Assembly: GCA_963728565.1 (NCBI GenBank)
Contig: CAVSLC010000001.1
Coordinates: 96,001 to 160,000, forward strand
DNA length: 64,000 bases
Direction of reading: 5' to 3'
Source: an uncultured delta proteobacterium
GTDB lineage: Bacteria; Desulfobacterota; Binatia; UBA9968
A program made the position numbers and the translations under genes. Below the pieces are notes generated by a model. That model was not told the DNA's origin. It did not search any database and saw only the letters and a program-made list of their open reading frames with translations. How positions within the stretch are numbered: position 1 is the stretch's first letter; each line of letters starts with the position of its first letter. This document shows positions 30,990 to 40,439 of this stretch, piece by piece.

Positions 30990-32000
30990 TCACTTCCCTC
31001 CCGGCTTGCGCCCCATTTCCTTGAGAACTTCATTAACGATGCTACGATCAACGAACTGATTTAGATCCGGCAGCGGTTTGCCCTGCGGCCAGCCGAGTTC
31101 GGGGGTGGTTCGGGACTCAAAAAGATCTTGGATCAGGTCAGGCGGCATTTCGGGGCTGTACTTGTCGTATACCTGACTATAAATGCTTTCGACCAATTTG
31201 GGATCTTTGATTTCAAAATATTTCTCGATCACCTCCATCGTCCCTTTCTTGTTGGTCCTTATGTAATCCTCGGCTTTGATGATACCCCGGGTGAAGCGCT
31301 TGACGACGTCACGTTTCTCTTTGATGAAATCTCGATGAGTGAGAAATGTCCCGCCCAAACGCGGAATATAGTCACCGGTTCGCATAAGAATCTTCATGCC
31401 CTCTTTTTCCGCTCGCGCCGCGTGTGGAAATGACAGCACACCGCCCTGAATCGAGCCTTGAATGAGGGCCGCAATGCGGTCGGGCTCGCCCGTGAAGCTG
31501 ATCACTCGGTAATCTTTGCCGGGCTGCATTTTGAAGTGCTTACCGAGAGTGACGACAATTTCGCTGTAATCAGCGGAGCCGGGGCGACCCAGGCCCAAGG
31601 TTTTGCCGCGAAGATCCTCGACCCGCTTGATGTCCGGCGTCGTCGTTAACGTCCACTGTGAGATCAAAGATTCTCCCACGAAAAATACCAAGGGCGCGCC
31701 TTTGAGCATCGCTTCCGAACCCCCGCCGGGAATCGGCGTGAACTCGATCTCTTTGGCAATGGTCGCCCTGACCAGCACACCCGCGGTCGCAGCGATGAAA
31801 CTGGCGTCCAATCCCTCGGCCTTCAAAAGGCCTTTATCAATGGCGACGTAGGATGGGATGTGAAAGCCACTTCCACCGACAGTCCTGCCGACTTTGACCG
31901 ATTGCGCGAAGATGGTCGTATGCCCGGCAACTATCGTAACCGTCACGGCTGCGAGAGTGGCGAAGAAATTTTTCCTACAAATCACCTTACGCAGATCCAT
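30990..32000 (-). CDS. NitT/TauT-family ABC substrate-binding protein
   Basis: Signal peptide, YVAIDKGLLKAEGLD, IKRVEDLRGKTLG, FVDRSIVNEVLKE. Convergent with the permeases. Confidence 0.88.
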   Translation of the reverse strand: MDLRKVICRKNFFATLAAVTVTIVAGHTTIFAQSVKVGRTVGGSGFHIPSYVAIDKGLLKAEGLDASFIAATAGVLVRATIAKEIEFTPIPGGGSEAMLKGAPLVFFVGESLISQWTLTTTPDIKRVEDLRGKTLGLGRPGSADYSEIVVTLGKHFKMQPGKDYRVISFTGEPDRIAALIQGSIQGGVLSFPHAARAEKEGMKILMRTGDYIPRLGGTFLTHRDFIKEKRDVVKRFTRGIIKAEDYIRTNKKGTMEVIEKYFEIKDPKLVESIYSQVYDKYSPEMPPDLIQDLFESRTTPELGWPQGKPLPDLNQFVDRSIVNEVLKEMGRKPGGK

Positions 32001-32091
32001 TTAGCTGTCTCCTTTCAATCAAGCGAAGTGAGGCGAAATTGAACCTACAATAAGCCCGCCTCTAGTGCTAAGCAAGCTGCATCGCTGCTGT

Positions 32092-32120
32092 TTGACAGCG
32101 CCAGAACACCAACCTAATGT
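32092..32120 (+). promoter_or_regulatory. Putative sigma-70 promoter for the epimerase gene
   Basis: TTGACA-17 nt-TAATGT, with AGGAGG RBS downstream. Confidence 0.45.
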
Positions 32121-32147
32121 AGGCTTCGAATGGGTCAGGAGGCAAGA

Positions 32148-33098
32148 ATGAATATTCTCATCACCGGCGCCGGACTTATCGGCGCCCACGCTGCCCGCCA
32201 TGCCGTCGATGCCGGCGATAAAGTTGTTCTGTACGATTTATCGCCGAATCGGAACTATATTCATGAGATCGTCGGCACCGATCGGGTCGATGTGGTGGCG
32301 GCCGATATTCGCGACTTGCCGGCACTGCTCAGTGCGTTAGAACGATTTAAAATCGACACACTGGTTCACACAGCCGGGCTCATCGGATCGCGGGTTCAGG
32401 AGAATTCCTATACCGGCGCCACCAACAATATCCTTGGCACCATCAATGTCTTGGAAGCAGCTCGGCTGCGGCTACTCCGGCGGGTGGTCTACATAAGCAC
32501 GTTTGGCGTTTATGATCGTTCGAAGATCGACGACAGTGTCGTCCGTGAGAGCCATCCCATCGGCGGCCACAATCTCTATGCGACAACCAAGGTATGCTCC
32601 GAGCACCTGGTTCATGCCTACGCGGCGTTGTATAAGCTTGATACAGCAATCCTGCGGCCCGGCGGCGTTTTCGGACTGGGTTACTACGTCGGCGGTTCAA
32701 CCGTCGGCAAAATCATGCGCGATCTGGCGCTCAACATCATCAAGGGCGAGCCTATCACCCTCGATGCCAACGCCTATGGGCACAACGAGTACGCCTATGG
32801 CAAAGATGTCGGGTTGGCAGTTTTTCTCGCATGCCGGAAAGAAAGTCTCAAGCAGCGAATCTACAATGCCGGCTCCGGCGTAGTGACCGGACCTGAAGAG
32901 CTCGCCCAAATTGTCAGAGAATTGTCTCCTACCGTCAACGTTACTGTTTCGGGCGCCGTCAAAGCGGATAGGAACAAGACGATTCCTTTGGATCTTAGCG
33001 TTTCGAAGGCCGAGCTTGGCTATGCGCCGCGCTTCCCATTGAAGGAAGCGTTACGAGATTATATGGATGACTTATGGAAGCAGGGTTCGCGGGGATGA
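32148..33098 (+). CDS. NAD-dependent epimerase/dehydratase (extended SDR)
   Basis: ILITGAGLIG, HTAG, NILGTINVLEAA, YISTFGVY, YATTK (YxxxK), YNAGSG. Confidence 0.9.
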   Translation: MNILITGAGLIGAHAARHAVDAGDKVVLYDLSPNRNYIHEIVGTDRVDVVAADIRDLPALLSALERFKIDTLVHTAGLIGSRVQENSYTGATNNILGTINVLEAARLRLLRRVVYISTFGVYDRSKIDDSVVRESHPIGGHNLYATTKVCSEHLVHAYAALYKLDTAILRPGGVFGLGYYVGGSTVGKIMRDLALNIIKGEPITLDANAYGHNEYAYGKDVGLAVFLACRKESLKQRIYNAGSGVVTGPEELAQIVRELSPTVNVTVSGAVKADRNKTIPLDLSVSKAELGYAPRFPLKEALRDYMDDLWKQGSRG

Positions 33099-33124
33099 GC
33101 TACTTAATCAGCTTTAGCAGGCTG

Positions 33125-33835
33125 CTAGTTCTTGAAGCGAAATCGAAACATGTAATACAAAGCCGAAATCCCGTCTTTCCAAGTAATCTTCTTGCCCTCT
33201 TGGTAGGTGCGACCATGATACGAAATCGGCACTTCGTAGAAGCGGTAACCCTTTTTGGCTAACTTCAGGGTGACTTCGGGCTCGAAGCCGAAACGATTCG
33301 ATTCCAATCTGATGCTTTTGAGGACTTCGGCCCGAAACATCTTGTAGCCCACTTCCATATCCGAAAGGTTCAAGTTGGTCAGCATGTTCGAGACCAACGT
33401 GAGCATCCGATTGCCCAGCGAGTGCCAGAAGAATAATACCCGGTGCGCGCCCCCCCCAGCGAATCGAGTTCCATACACCACATCGGCGAGTCCTCGTTCG
33501 ATGGGTTCCAGCAGCGCCGGATAATCGTGCGGGTCGTACTCGAGATCAGCGTCCTGAATGATTATGATCTCGCCGCGCGCATGAGCCAAGGCGACTTTGA
33601 TCGCCGCGCCCTTTCCCTGGTTATGAGGCTGAAAAAAAACTCTAATTTCGTTCAGCGGGTCCGGCGCGCGCTCAGTTTCTTTTTGCAGTTGCGTCAGAAT
33701 CTCCCGGCTTCGATCTTTGGAGCCATCATCAACCAGGATGATCTCTTTGGGTAACTCGATAGAACGCACGCGGCGGACGACCTCTTCCAGAGTGCGCTCT
33801 TCGTTGTAGACCGGGATTAGAACTGACAGCTTCAC
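33125..33835 (-). CDS. Glycosyltransferase family 2 (DPM1-like, polyprenol-phosphate type)
   Basis: LSVLIPVYNE, LVDDGSKD, NQGKGAA, QDADLEYDP, VYGTRF, FGFEPE, GKKITWKDG. Confidence 0.93.
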   Translation of the reverse strand: MKLSVLIPVYNEERTLEEVVRRVRSIELPKEIILVDDGSKDRSREILTQLQKETERAPDPLNEIRVFFQPHNQGKGAAIKVALAHARGEIIIIQDADLEYDPHDYPALLEPIERGLADVVYGTRFAGGGAHRVLFFWHSLGNRMLTLVSNMLTNLNLSDMEVGYKMFRAEVLKSIRLESNRFGFEPEVTLKLAKKGYRFYEVPISYHGRTYQEGKKITWKDGISALYYMFRFRFKN

Positions 33836-34617
33836 TGTTCGAATTCGCGCTTTTTAAGCTCACGAATATAGGCGGAAAGCTTGGGGTCGGCATTGACCGC
33901 CTCGTTGAGTTTTGCCTGGAAGTCGGCGGCGGCTCGTTCCAAGGGGCTCATATCGAGACGAATCCCCAGCCATTGGGTAAGCCGCAGCAATAGCGCCAAC
34001 GTGCCTCGTGGATTGGGCGACACCGAAAGGTAGTGGGGCAATGCGGCCCAGAGACTTAAACTGGGTACTGCAGCCTTACGACATACTTCGTTTAGGACGC
34101 CAATGATGCCCGTCGGTCCTTGATACCGAGAGGGCACCAGATCGAGCTGTTCCATCAGTTTGGGATCTGTAGAGAAACCGGAAAGCGGAACGGGACGCGT
34201 GTATAGAACTTCGTCGAGATAGGCGCCCAAGGTGACCAGCATTCCAACTTGGGACTCTCTGATGAAGCGCAACATCGTTTCGGTAAATGCGCGCCATCGC
34301 AACTGCGGCTCTACGCCAACCCCAAACACGAAATCCGCCTGGGCGCCGATACCCTCGCCATAAAAGAAATCGTACGAGGGCCAGTGAATCTCGCGTTCTT
34401 TGTTATCGTTTAAGCGAACCATGGGACGCTGCACCGAGAAGTCATAAAACTCTTCCGGATCGATGCTGGCGAATCTTTTGGCTAGCAGTTGATCGCACAT
34501 ATATCGAGAGGCGGTTGTCGCCGCCGAGCCAGCATCACTCCAACCGGCGAAAGATAAAACGAGAATGGGATTCTTTAGATTGGGACGACTCTCAAAGTTG
34601 AGAGGTTCGATAACCAT
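33832..34617 (-). CDS. PAC2-family (proteasome assembly chaperone-like) protein
   Basis: FAGWSDAGSAAT, IDPEEFYDFSVQRP, GVEPQLRW, YQGPTGIIGVL, LWAALPHY, YIRELK. GTGA-coupled to the GT2 gene. Confidence 0.85.
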   Translation of the reverse strand: MVIEPLNFESRPNLKNPILVLSFAGWSDAGSAATTASRYMCDQLLAKRFASIDPEEFYDFSVQRPMVRLNDNKEREIHWPSYDFFYGEGIGAQADFVFGVGVEPQLRWRAFTETMLRFIRESQVGMLVTLGAYLDEVLYTRPVPLSGFSTDPKLMEQLDLVPSRYQGPTGIIGVLNEVCRKAAVPSLSLWAALPHYLSVSPNPRGTLALLLRLTQWLGIRLDMSPLERAAADFQAKLNEAVNADPKLSAYIRELKKREFEQ

Positions 34618-34879
34618 ACCCGATCATAGCACACCGAAGCTATTTTATACAAAATTGTTATACGCGGTTTGGGCAAATGTTCTGCCGCATGGTTTGCAGG
34701 CTGAGAAATCGATGATCGCCCAGCGATGGGCGCCTTCTGACTTCGATCTATGGGGAGCCGATCGTTTGTCGTAAGGACGACCATAGCACTCTACAGAACA
34801 GCATTCTTCAAGCTTTGCACGCTTAAATTTCTCGAGACTGGAAGCCGATCGTCAAAAGCTGGTATCATCATTGTCGGCG

Positions 34880-35614
34880 ATGGAGAGCAAGGCTGCTTTG
34901 ATAACCGGCGGCGCCCGCGGCATTGGTCGCGCGGTGGCCCTGGATTTAGCGTCCCACGGCTGGTCCGTGGCCATTTGCTATCGCACCAGCGCTAGCGCAG
35001 CGCACGAGGTCATCGAGTCCATAAGACGCTACGGCACGGCCGCGCTCGCGTTTAAATGCGATGTCTCGGACCCACGCGCCGCCACCGCGATGGTCCGCGA
35101 TCTGGAAAACCAATGGGGACGCCTTGACGCGCTCATTAACAGCGCCGGTCCTTATCATCGGATCCCTTTATTGGACGAAACCAACGAGGGCTGGCATTCG
35201 ATGTTCGACAACAACCTTCATCCGATTTTTTATTTGACCAAGGCGGTGGTTCCTTTGATGAAACAACGCAACTGGGGCCGCATCATTTGCTTCAGCATGG
35301 CGAATGCAGAGCAGCTGATGGCTCAACCGCAACTGACTGCACATTACATCTCGAAGGTCGGAGTGATCGTTTTGATGCGCTCGCTGGCTCGCTTGGTTGC
35401 GCCCTATGGCATCACGGCAAATTGCATCGCGCCAGGCTACATAGATTCCGGCAGCGCGCCCAGGGAGGAGTTGGAAGCCGCAGTAAAACGCATTCCGGCC
35501 GGCTCTCTCGGTACGGTCGAAGAGACAGCGGCTGTGGTGCGTTTCTTGGTGTCTGACGAGGCTCGCTATATCAATGGCGCCAATATTCAGATCAGCGGCG
35601 CCTGGGGGGTTTAA
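34880..35614 (+). CDS. SDR family oxidoreductase (FabG/FolM-like)
   Basis: ALITGGARGIG, INSAG, YISK catalytic region, ITANCIAPGYI, YINGANIQISG. Confidence 0.9.
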   Translation: MESKAALITGGARGIGRAVALDLASHGWSVAICYRTSASAAHEVIESIRRYGTAALAFKCDVSDPRAATAMVRDLENQWGRLDALINSAGPYHRIPLLDETNEGWHSMFDNNLHPIFYLTKAVVPLMKQRNWGRIICFSMANAEQLMAQPQLTAHYISKVGVIVLMRSLARLVAPYGITANCIAPGYIDSGSAPREELEAAVKRIPAGSLGTVEETAAVVRFLVSDEARYINGANIQISGAWGV

Positions 35615-35618
35615 ATCT

Positions 35619-36104
35619 ATGACTTGCTCTGAAGTTCATACCAAAGCATTGGAGCTCGTGCAGCGGGCGATGAACCGCCAAATGGCGGGAGAGATCGAAG
35701 ATTCCATCCGGCTGTACCGGGAATCGATCGCGCTTCACCCGACCGCGGACGCGCATACGTACCTAGGCTGGGCCTATAGCTTTCAAGGACGGATTGACGA
35801 AGCTATTGCGCAATGCGAAATCGCCATTCAGCTCGATCCCCAGTTCGGCAACCCGTATAACGATCTGGGTGTCTATTTGATGCAACAGCAAAAATTCGAT
35901 GAAGCAATTCCCTGGCTGGAACGGGCAAAGCAAGCACAGCGTTATGAGCCGCGGCATTTTCCGTACATCAATCTCGGCCGGGTCTACATGATCAAGGGAA
36001 TGCTTCAGAAGGCGATCGAGGAGTTCCGCGAGGCAGTGAGACTCAACCCGACGGATACAGAGCTTGTCCAATTACTGGAAGAACTCGAAACCAAGCTACA
36101 GTGA
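35619..36104 (+). CDS. Tetratricopeptide-repeat protein
   Basis: ADAHTYLGWAYSFQGRIDEAI, GNPYNDLGVYL, PYINLGRVY. Starts 4 nt after the SDR stop. Confidence 0.88.
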   Translation: MTCSEVHTKALELVQRAMNRQMAGEIEDSIRLYRESIALHPTADAHTYLGWAYSFQGRIDEAIAQCEIAIQLDPQFGNPYNDLGVYLMQQQKFDEAIPWLERAKQAQRYEPRHFPYINLGRVYMIKGMLQKAIEEFREAVRLNPTDTELVQLLEELETKLQ

Positions 36105-36121
36105 GTGAAGAGCGGTTGTCT

Positions 36122-36151
36122 AAGCCGCGCCGCGGTTAAAGCGGCGCGCTT
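36122..36151. terminator. GC-rich hairpin between convergent genes
   Basis: 8-bp stem CGCGCCGC/GCGGCGCG with a 7-nt loop, extended by AAG/CTT. Confidence 0.35.
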
Positions 36152-36229
36152 CGCCTTCCGGATGCCGCGCGTGTGATCTGCCGCGGCTCTTTAGAGCTCT
36201 TGGAACCTCGCCAAAGTTTCGGCATAGCG

Positions 36230-37552
36230 CTATGCGAGCTCGCTAATCGCCGCATCGAAGATTTCAGCTGCTGTGGCACTCTCGTCCTTGGTAACGATCA
36301 GCGGTGGGCAAAAGCGCAAGGTGCTCTCGCCGCAGCCGAGTAAGAGGAGGCCTTTTTCGAAACAATTCTTCATCACTTGGTCGCGCAATGCGGCGTCCGG
36401 CGTACCGCTTCCATCGCCGTGGACGAATTCCACGCCAATCATCAGTCCCAAACCACGGACGTCGCCGATCACCGGGTGCTTTTTCTTCAGGTCATTAAGT
36501 TTATCCATCAAATACGCCCCCACCTCTGTGGCATTATGCAGAAGTCCTGCTTCGATCACAGCTATGCTCGCGAGCGCCGCGGCGCATGCCACTGGATTAC
36601 CGCCGAAGGTGGAACCATGAGTACCCGGAGTCCACGTGCTGATCTCGCTCCGAGCGATCATCGCGCCCAACGGCATGCCGCTCGCAATGCCCTTGCCCGC
36701 GCAGAGAATGTCGGGCTCAATGCCCCAGTGTTCACAGGCAAACATCTTTCCAGTTCGTCCGAAGCCAGACTGAATCTCATCAGCGACAAGTAAGATATCG
36801 TAACGGCGACAGAGATCTTGAAGCATCCCCAGGTACTCGGGGGGAGGGACGATGTAACCGCCCTCGCCTTGTATCGGCTCGACAAAAATCGCCGCGACCT
36901 CCTGTGGCGTCACTTGATAGCGAAACAAAACTTTTTCCAGATAACTCACGCAGCCGATTTCACACGAACCATAATTGAGATGATAGGGACAGCGATAACA
37001 GAAAGCGTAAGGAGCATGATGAACTCCGGGCACCAGCGGAGAAAACTGCGCCCGATGCGATGAGCGACTGGCGGTCAGGGATAAGGCACCCATAGTGCGG
37101 CCGTGAAAAGCGCCATCAAAGGCGATCACGTGCTGCCTTCTGGTGGCGAAACGCGCCAGCTTGAACGCGGCTTCGATCGTTTCAGTGCCCGAATTGGTGA
37201 AGAAAACTTTCTTGCTTCCGGTTCCAGGCGCCAGCTGGCTAAGTTTCTCCGCCAGCTCCATCATGGGTTCGTAGTAGAAATCACTCCCGCAAATATGCAA
37301 AAATTTGCGCGCCTGCTCTTCGATGGCTTGAACTACGCGCGGATGAGAATGGCCGGTATTTGCGACGGCAATGCCGGCCATAAAGTCGAGAAAAAGATTC
37401 TCATCGACATCTTCGACCACCATCCCTCGACCTTGCTTCATGACCAGCGGATAAACGCGCCCATAAGCCGGCGCGGTATACTGGCGATCCTTTTCGATGA
37501 TTGCCTGCGCTCGGGGTCCGGGGAGTTTCGTCTTGATTAAAGGCACTTTCAT
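36230..37552 (-). CDS. Class-III PLP aminotransferase (4-aminobutyrate/acetylornithine-type)
   Basis: FLDFMAGIAV, NSGTETIEAA, FHGRT, EPIQGEGG, DEIQSGFGRTG, GKGIASG, HGSTFGGNP. Confidence 0.92.
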   Translation of the reverse strand: MKVPLIKTKLPGPRAQAIIEKDRQYTAPAYGRVYPLVMKQGRGMVVEDVDENLFLDFMAGIAVANTGHSHPRVVQAIEEQARKFLHICGSDFYYEPMMELAEKLSQLAPGTGSKKVFFTNSGTETIEAAFKLARFATRRQHVIAFDGAFHGRTMGALSLTASRSSHRAQFSPLVPGVHHAPYAFCYRCPYHLNYGSCEIGCVSYLEKVLFRYQVTPQEVAAIFVEPIQGEGGYIVPPPEYLGMLQDLCRRYDILLVADEIQSGFGRTGKMFACEHWGIEPDILCAGKGIASGMPLGAMIARSEISTWTPGTHGSTFGGNPVACAAALASIAVIEAGLLHNATEVGAYLMDKLNDLKKKHPVIGDVRGLGLMIGVEFVHGDGSGTPDAALRDQVMKNCFEKGLLLLGCGESTLRFCPPLIVTKDESATAAEIFDAAISELA

Positions 37553-37609
37553 AGCGTTCTCCGTGCTGTCGCATTGTGAAATCGCAGGCAATCTCGGGCC
37601 GTGTGAAGC

Positions 37610-39100
37610 TCATTCCGCATTATCGATCTGCGCCTTCTGCAACCTGCCCGAGTAATCTACATAAATGGATTTCCATTCGCTGAAGATGTCATAGACGGTG
37701 GTGCCGGCTTCACGATGACCGTTGCCGGTATCTTTAACGCCTCCGAACGGCAGATGCACTTCCGCGCCAATGGTGGGCCCATTGATGTAAGTGATGCCCG
37801 CCTCGATATCGCGCATGGCACGAAAGGCGCGGTTGACGTCAGCGGTGTAAATCGAACTGGACAGCCCGTAGCGAGTGCCGTTTAGCACGGCAATGGCCGC
37901 ATCAAAGTCCGGCACTTCGATAACCGAAAGCACCGGTCCAAATATTTCTTCTTGGGCCACGCGCATGTTCGGCGTGACTCGATCCAATATCGTCGGCTGA
38001 AAGAAAAAACCGTTCGCACATGCGCCGATATCATAGGCCGAGCCGCCGATTAGCACGCGGGCGCCTTCTTGCCGGCCAATTTCCATGTAGGATTGAACCT
38101 TGTCGCGCGCCGCCTGGTTGATCAGCGGCCCGATTTCGACGCTTTCATCCAAACCGTCGCCGATCTTGATCTTCTCGATTCGCGCCACAAGCCTATCGAT
38201 GAATTCGGTTTTGATATCATGATGCAAAATCAGCCGGCTGGTGGCGGTGCAGCGCTGTCCGGTTGTACCGAACGCGCCCCACAGCGCGCCCTCGACGGCA
38301 AGGGCCAGGTCGGCATCCTCCATAACGATTTGCGCGTTCTTTCCGCCCAGTTCAAGCGAGACGCGCTTGAGCGACTGACCGCACGCAGCAGCAACCTCCC
38401 GCCCCACTGCGGCGGAACCGGTGAAGGAAACCAACTGCACGTCCGGATGGCGCACCAGCGCGGCGCCGACTTCCTCGCCGCGCCCCTGAACCAGATTGAT
38501 GACCCCAGGAGGCACACCCGCCCGTTGGAGAATCTCAAAAAGCTTAAGGGCGGTATGGGGCGTATCCTCGGCGGGCTTGAGCACCACGGTATTGCCGCAA
38601 ATCAGCGCCGGAAACATCTTCCATGTTGGGATTGCCATCGGAAAATTCCATGGCGTGATCAATGCGCAAACACCAACCGGCGCACGTACCGACATGGCGA
38701 ACTTATCGGGCAGCTCCGATGGCGTCGTTTCGCCGAAAAGCCGCCGGCCTTCACCGGCCACATAAAAAGCAGTGTCGATGCCTTCTTGCACGTCACCGCG
38801 CGTTTCTTTCAAGACCTTGCCCATCTCTCGAGTCATAACCCGGGCGATCTCTTCCTTATGCGCCTTTAGAAGTTCGCCGACTCGATAGAGCAGTTCTCCG
38901 CGTTTAGGCGCCGGCACAAGACGCCAACTGGCGAAGGCCTTCTTGGCCGCCGCTACCGCGGTATCGACGTCATCGTGATCCGAAGCTGGAAAAAGACCGA
39001 CAAGGTCGTGGCGGTTGGCCGGATTGCGATTCTCGATCACCTGTCCGGCTTGCGCAGGCAGCCATTTGCCATCGATATAGTTTTTAAATGCTTCAGTCAT
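37610..39100 (-). CDS. NAD(P)-dependent aldehyde dehydrogenase
   Basis: [29 protein letters not shown] (catalytic Cys), EEIFGPV, PFGGVK. Confidence 0.95.
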   Translation of the reverse strand: MTEAFKNYIDGKWLPAQAGQVIENRNPANRHDLVGLFPASDHDDVDTAVAAAKKAFASWRLVPAPKRGELLYRVGELLKAHKEEIARVMTREMGKVLKETRGDVQEGIDTAFYVAGEGRRLFGETTPSELPDKFAMSVRAPVGVCALITPWNFPMAIPTWKMFPALICGNTVVLKPAEDTPHTALKLFEILQRAGVPPGVINLVQGRGEEVGAALVRHPDVQLVSFTGSAAVGREVAAACGQSLKRVSLELGGKNAQIVMEDADLALAVEGALWGAFGTTGQRCTATSRLILHHDIKTEFIDRLVARIEKIKIGDGLDESVEIGPLINQAARDKVQSYMEIGRQEGARVLIGGSAYDIGACANGFFFQPTILDRVTPNMRVAQEEIFGPVLSVIEVPDFDAAIAVLNGTRYGLSSSIYTADVNRAFRAMRDIEAGITYINGPTIGAEVHLPFGGVKDTGNGHREAGTTVYDIFSEWKSIYVDYSGRLQKAQIDNAE

Positions 39101-39240
39101 AACTATTCCCCGCTCCTGGGCCGGCTGGCTTCATCTACCAAGGGTGACAACTGCCGACAACAGCAAACTCATTCTAGAACCGGCCCAGCGCGAACACAAC
39201 GTCAGCGATCTAGCGAAGATTGCTAAACTCGTGTAATTCG

Positions 39241-39269
39241 TTGATTTTTGACAATCAATCAGTTAGCTT
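39241..39269 (+). promoter_or_regulatory. Putative sigma-70 promoter with overlapping palindrome, upstream of tctC-tctAB
   Basis: TTGATT-17 nt-TAGCTT, with inverted repeat TTGAT-N8-ATCAA at 39241-39258. Confidence 0.3.
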
Positions 39270-39340
39270 CTGGCAACTCGCCAGCCGAGAGATAAGCGCA
39301 AGGGCGAGCCGGCAACTTTAGCCAGCATAAGGAGAGCTCT

Positions 39341-40366
39341 ATGTGGCAACTTTGTTGTTTGTTCACGGCAGCATTCGTCGGATTGTTTTCGCTCCAACCG
39401 GCCGCCGCCGCGGAAGACTTTTATAAAGGCAAAACCGTCAGAATCGTTGTCGGGTTTTCCGCAGGCGGAGGCTTTGATACTTACGCCCGTGCCATCGCCC
39501 GGCATATGGGCAAACATATCGCCGGGGAACCGGCGATGATCGTCGAAAACATGACCGGCGCCGGCAGCCTGATCGCGGCGAATCACGTGTATAAGGCTGC
39601 CAAGCCGGATGGCCTCACCATCGGTCACTTCATCGGCGGCTTATTCTTGGGTCAGGTCTTGGGGCAAAAGGGTGTCGAATTCGATGCCCGGAAATTCGAA
39701 TTCATCGGCGCGCCAATTACCGATCACGTCGTCTGCGCCTTGACCAAGGCCAGCGGCATCACCAGTGTGGATCAATGGATGGCAGCGAAAACTCCGGTTA
39801 AAATGGGTGGCATCGCTCCCGGCACCTCGACACCGGACAACGCGACCCGGGTCTTGAAGGCAGCGCTGGGATTACCAATTCAAATTGTGTCGGGCTACAA
39901 AGGCACCGCCGATGTGAGATTGGCCGCCGAAAGCGGCGAAATCGCCGGTGGCTGCTGGGGCTGGGATTCTGTCAGCGTGACTTGGCAGAAAGCACTCGCC
40001 AGCGGCGATGCCGTGGTTGTCCTCCAGGCCAACCGCCGAAACCATCCAGATCTTCCTAAAGTGCCCCAAGCGATCAAGTTGGCGAAAACAGAAGAGGGCC
40101 GCAAAATGATTGAAGTGGCAATCCACGGCGATAGCGATATCGTTCGCACCTATACGCTGCCGCCAGGGACGCCGAAAGATCGAGTTCAATTGCTGCGCAA
40201 AGCGTTCGATGCGACACTGACCGATCCGGAATTCCTGGCGGACGCAAAGAAGTCGAAATTGAATGTCGATCCTGTGGCCGTCGACGAGGTGGAGAAAGTT
40301 ATCGGCGGCCTATTCAAGCTCGACCAGTCGATGGTCGGCAAACTAAAAGATATTCTTTACAACTGA
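39341..40366 (+). CDS. Bug/TctC substrate-binding protein
   Basis: FYKGKTVRIVVGFSAGGGFDTYAR, ENMTGAGS, KPDGLT, PPGTPKDRV. AAGGAG RBS. Confidence 0.9.
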   Translation: MWQLCCLFTAAFVGLFSLQPAAAAEDFYKGKTVRIVVGFSAGGGFDTYARAIARHMGKHIAGEPAMIVENMTGAGSLIAANHVYKAAKPDGLTIGHFIGGLFLGQVLGQKGVEFDARKFEFIGAPITDHVVCALTKASGITSVDQWMAAKTPVKMGGIAPGTSTPDNATRVLKAALGLPIQIVSGYKGTADVRLAAESGEIAGGCWGWDSVSVTWQKALASGDAVVVLQANRRNHPDLPKVPQAIKLAKTEEGRKMIEVAIHGDSDIVRTYTLPPGTPKDRVQLLRKAFDATLTDPEFLADAKKSKLNVDPVAVDEVEKVIGGLFKLDQSMVGKLKDILYN

Positions 40367-40439
40367 AAACGCGACATTGACCGTCGATTAGCGACGACAG
40401 ATAATTTAATTCGCTGTATCGCGTCGAGGTGGAGCCCTA

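Noticed and set aside
38069-38869. 266-aa plus-strand ORF
   Set aside because: Antisense shadow of the aldehyde dehydrogenase.
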